DNA of 64,000 nucleotides, from assembly GCF_009914755.1 (NCBI RefSeq), contig NC_060925.1. One strand, written 5' to 3'. A program made the position numbers and the translations under genes. The notes beneath the pieces are model-generated. The model did no database searches. It was given only the letters and a program-made list of their open reading frames with translations, and was not told where the DNA came from. Source of the DNA: the human T2T-CHM13v2.0 reference genome, Homo sapiens. Of the stretch, positions 59,274 to 64,000 are shown in pieces; positions within the stretch are counted from its first letter, which is position 1, and the number at the start of each line of letters is the position of its first letter.

Positions 59274-61099
59274 TAATCATCATCAAATGGAATCAAAAAT
59301 AACCATCATCAAATGGAATCAAAAATAACCATCATCAATTGGTATTGAATGGAATTCTCATCAAATGGAATTCAAAGGAATCATCATCAAATGGAACCGA
59401 ATGGAATCCTCATTGAATGGAAATGAAAGGGGTCATCATCTAATGGAATCGCATGGAATCATCATCAAATGGAATCGAATGGAATCAACATCAAATGGAA
59501 TCAAATGGAATCATTGAACAGAATTGAATGGAATCGTCATCGAATGAATTGAATGCAATCATCGAATGGTCTCGAATGGAATCATCTTCAAATGGAATGG
59601 AATGGAATCATCGCATAGAATCGAATGGAATTTTCATCGAATGGAATCGAATGGAATCAACATCAAACGGAAAAAAACGGAATTATCGAATGGAATCGAA
59701 GAGAATCACCGAATGGACCCGAATGGAATCATCTAATGGAATGGAATGGAATAATCCATGGACTCGAATGCAATCATCATCGAATGGAATCGAATGGAAT
59801 CATCGAATGGACTCGAATGGAATAATCATTGAACGGAATCGAATGGAATCATCATCGGATGGAAATGAATGGAATCATCATCGAATGGAATCGAATAGAA
59901 TTATGGAATGAAATCCAGTGTGATCATCATCGAATGGACCCGAATGGAATCATCATCCAACGGAAGCTAATGGAATCAACATCGAATGAATCAAATGGAA
60001 ACACCATCGAATTGAAACGAATGGAATTACCATGAAATTGAAATGGATGGACTCATCATCGAATGGATTCGAATGGAATCATCGAATAAAATTGATTGAA
60101 ATCATCATCGAATGGAATCGAATGGTATCATTGAATGGAATCGAATGGAATCATCATCAGATGGAAATGAAAGGAATCGTCATAGAATGGAATCGAATGG
60201 ATTCATTGAATGGAATCAGATGGAATCATTGAATGGACTGGAATGGAATCATTGAATGGACTCGAAAGGGATCATTATTGAATGGAATTGAATGGAATCA
60301 TCGAATGGTCTCGATTGGAATCATTATCAAATGGAATCGAATGGAATCACCGAATAGAATCGAATGGAACAATCATCGAATGGACTCAAATGGAATTATC
60401 CTCTAATGGAATTGAATGGAATTATCGAATGCAATCGAATGGAATTATCGAATGCAATCGAATAGAATCATCGAATGGACTCGAATGGAATCATCGAATG
60501 GAATGGAATGGAATAGTCAATGAACTCGAATGGAATCATCATTGAATGGAATCGAATGGAATCATCGAGTGGAATCGAATGTAATCATCATCAAATGGAA
60601 TCAAAAATAACCATCATCAAATGGAATCAAAAATAACCATCATCAATTGGTATTGAATGGAATTCTCATCAAATGGAATTCAAAGGAATCATCATCAAAT
60701 GGAACCGAATGGAATCCTCATTGAATGGAAATGAAAGGGGTCATCATCTAATGGAATCGCAAGGAATCATCATAAAATGGAATCGAATGGAATCAACATC
60801 AAATGGAATCAAATGGAATCATTGAACGGAATTGAATGGAATCGTCATCGAATGAATTGAAAGCAATCATCGAATGGTCTCGAATGGAATCATCTTCAAA
60901 TGGAATGGAATGGAATCATCGCATAGAATCGAAAGGAATTATCATCGAATGGAATCGAATGGAATCAACACCAAACGGAAAAAAACGGAATTATCGAATG
61001 GAATCGAAGAGAATCATCGAATGGACCCGAATGGAATCATCTAATGGAATGGAATGGAATAATCCATGGACTCGAATGCAATCATCATCGAATGGAATC

Positions 61100-64000
61100 G
61101 AATGGAATCATCCAATGGACTCGAATGGAATAATCATTGAACGGAATCGAATGGAATCATCATCGGATGGAAATGAATGGAATCATCATCGAATGGAATC
61201 GAATAGAATTATGGAATGAAATCCAGTGTGATCATCATCGAATGGACCCGAATGGAATCATCATCCAACGGATGCTAATGGAATCAACATCGAATGAATC
61301 AAATGGAAACACCATCGAATTGAAACGAATGGAATTACCATGAAATTGAAATGGATGGACTCATCATCGAATGGATTCGAAAGGAATCATCGAATAAAAT
61401 TGATTGAAATCATCATCGAATGGAATCGAATGGTATCATTGAATGGAATCGAATGGAATCATCATCAGATGGAAATGAATGGAATCGTCATAGAATGGAA
61501 TCGAATGGATTCATTGAATGGAATCAGATGGAATCATCGAATGGACTGGAATGGAATCATTGAATGGACTCGAAAGAGATCATGATTGAATGGAATTGAA
61601 TAGAATCATCGAATGGTCTCGATTGGAATCATTATCAAATGGAATCGAATGGAATCATCGAATAGAATCGAATGGAACAATCATCGAATGGACTCCAATG
61701 GAATTATCCTCAAATGGAATCGAATGGAATTATCGAATGCAATCGAATAGAATCATCGAATGGACTCGAATGGAATCATCGAATGGAATGGAATGGAACA
61801 GTCAATGAACTCGAATGGAATCATCATTGAATGGAATCGAATGGAATCATCGAGCGGAATCGAATGGAATTATGATCAAATGGAAAAGAATGTAATCATC
61901 ATCAAATGGAATCAAAAATAACCATCATCAATTGGTATTGAATGGAATTGTCATCAAGTGGAATTCAAAGGAAACATCATCAAATGGAACCGAATGGAAT
62001 CCTCATTGAATGGAAATGAAAGGGGTCATCGTCTAATGGAATCGCATGGAATCATGATCAAATGGAATCGAATGGAATCATCATCAAATGGAATCTAATG
62101 GAATCATTCAACAGAATTGAATGGAATCGTCATCGAATGAATTGAATGCAATCATCGAATGGTCTCGAATGGAACCATCTTCTAATGGAAAGGAATGGAA
62201 TCATCGCATAGAATCGAATGGAATTGTCATCGAATGGAATCGAATGGTATCAACACCAAACGGAAAAAAACGGAATTATCGAATGGAATCGAAGAGAATC
62301 TTCGAACGGACCCGAATGGAATCATCTAATGGAATGGAATGGAATAATCCATGGACTCGAATGCAATCATCATCGAATGGAATCGAATGGAATCATCGAA
62401 TGGACTCGAATGGAATAATCATTGAACGGAATCGAATGGAATCATCATCGGATGGAAACGAATGGAATCATCATCGGATGGGAATGAAAGGAGTCATCAT
62501 CTAATGGAATTGCATGGAATCATCATAAAATGGAATCGAATGGAATCAACATCAAATGGAATCAAATGGAATCATTGAACGGAATTGAATGGAATCGTCA
62601 TCGAATGAATTGAATGCAATCATCGAATGGTCTCGAATGGAATCATCTTCAAATGGAATGGAATGGAATCATTGCATAGAATCGAATGGAATTATCATCG
62701 AATGGAATCGAATGGTATCAACATCAAACGGAAAAAAACGGAATTATCGAATGGAATCGAAGAGAATCTTCGAACGTACCCGAATGGAATCATCTAATGG
62801 AGTGGAATGGAATAATCCATGGACTCGAATGCAATCATCATCGAATGGAATCGAATGGAATCATCGAATGGTCTCGAATGGAATAATCATTGAACGGAAT
62901 CGAATGGAATCATCATCGGATGGAAATGAATGGAATGATCATCGAATGGAATCGAATAGAATTATGGAATGAAATCCAGTGTGATCATCATCGAATGGAC
63001 CCGAATGGAATCATCATCCAACGGAAGCTAATGGAATCAACATCGAATGAATCGAATGGAAACACCATCGAATTGAAACGAATGGAATTATCATGAAATT
63101 GAAATGGATGGACCCATCATCGAATGGATTCGAATGGAATCATCGAATAAAATTGATTGAAATCATCATCAAATGGAATCGAATGGTGTCATTGAATGGG
63201 ATCGAATGGAATCATCGTCAGATGGAAATGAATGGAATCGTCATAGAATGGAATCGAATGGATTCATTGAATGGAATCAGATGGAATCATCGAATGGACT
63301 GGAATGGAATCATTGAATGGACTCGAATGGAATCATTATTGAATGGAATTGAATGGAATCATCGAATGGTCTCGATTGGAATCATTATCACATGGAATCG
63401 AATGGAATCACCGAATAGAATCGAATGGAACAATCATCGAATGGACTCAAATGGAATTATCCTCAAATGGAATCGAATGGAATTATCGAATGCAATCGAA
63501 TGGAATTATCGAATGCAATCGAATAGAATCATCGAATGGACTCGAATGGAATCATCGAATGGAATGGAATGGAACAGTCAATGAACTCGAATGGAATCAT
63601 CATTGAATGGAATCGAATGGAATCATCGAGTGGAATCGAATGGAATTATGATCAAATGGAATCGAATGTAATCCTCATCAAATGGAATCAAAAATAACGA
63701 TCATCAATTGGTATTGAATGGAATTGTCATCAAATGGAATTGAAAGGAATCATCATCAAATGGAACCGAATGGAATCCTCATTGAATGGAAATGAAAGTG
63801 GTCATCATCTAATGGAATCGCATGGAATCATCATCAAATGGAATCGAATGGAATCATCATGAAATGGAATCTAAGGGAATCATTGAACAGAATTGAATGG
63901 AATCGTCATCGAATGAATTGAATGCAATCATCGAATGGTCTCGAATGGAATCATCTTCAAATGGAAAGGAATGGAATCATCGCATAGAATCGAATGGAAT
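61100..64000 (+). repeat. Dispersed copy of ~19600-22510 (offset 41490-41513)
   Basis: TCATCAAGTG at 20461/61951 and CTAAGGGAAT at 22381/63871. GACCCATC, GGTGTCATTGAATGGG and ATCACATGG are also shared. ORF pairs: 20631/62121 and 21603/63093. Confidence 0.88.

Larger units (their letters stand above)
1..64000 (+). repeat. Human satellite II (HSATII/HSat2) pericentromeric tandem array, GGAAT-rich strand on +; most likely the chr1q12 ~1.77-kb subfamily
   Basis: Continuous (GAATG/GAATC/ATC)n sequence with 23/26-bp sub-repeats and very dense TCGA sites throughout. The landmark ATGAAATTGAAATGGATGGAC, or a near-identical variant, occurs 38 times (306, 2082, 3858, 5608 ... 61340, 63093). The modal spacing is 1773-1776 bp. 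The family call comes from motif recognition. The chromosome assignment is inferred from the known 1.77-kb EcoRI unit and was not confirmed by alignment. Confidence 0.96.

Noticed and set aside
270-63606. About 200 short + strand ORFs rich in MESSSNGIEWNHR
   Set aside because: These are in-frame readings of GAATG/ATC repeats. They overlap in several frames, are freely broken by stops between copies, and show no domain similarity or gene structure.
1-64000. CRISPR-like array of short repeats with variable intervals
   Set aside because: There are no unique spacers, leader or cas genes. The intervening sequence is itself the same degenerate repeat.
1-64000. HSat3 (GGAAT)n / DYZ1 or alpha satellite
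   Set aside because: Pure GGAAT runs are only about 3 copies long, and ATCATCGAATGG dominates, which is HSat2. There is no 171-bp monomer.
1-64000. Embedded transposon, unique island or strand inversion
   Set aside because: I saw no ATTCC-oriented segment, poly-A tail, target-site duplication or non-satellite sequence. All landmark spacings are accounted for by modules and small indels.

Overview
The whole 64 kb window is one uninterrupted, single-orientation tandem satellite array. It is built from degenerate GGAAT/CGAAT pentamers and ATC triplets grouped into 23- and 26-bp sub-repeats (TCGAATGGAATCATCATCGAATGGAA). This is the signature of human classical satellite II (HSATII/HSat2). The dominant 1776-bp period, with roughly one EcoRI site per unit, matches the chromosome 1q12 type (pUC1.77/D1Z1-like). 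I saw no genes, RNA genes, transposon insertions, inversions or unique sequence. All listed ORFs are translation artefacts of the repeat. I found no evidence of a new coding system. What is worth a second look is the array architecture. Each unit is an ~840-bp core plus 1-4 copies of a 468-bp module, giving 1308, 1776, 2218 and 2686 bp units. There is a young 4408-bp three-copy higher-order repeat with a readable junction, several tandem and dispersed kb-scale duplications, and recurrent microhomology-bounded indels (10, 23, 26, 71, 147 bp). Breakpoints were read by eye and are approximate.
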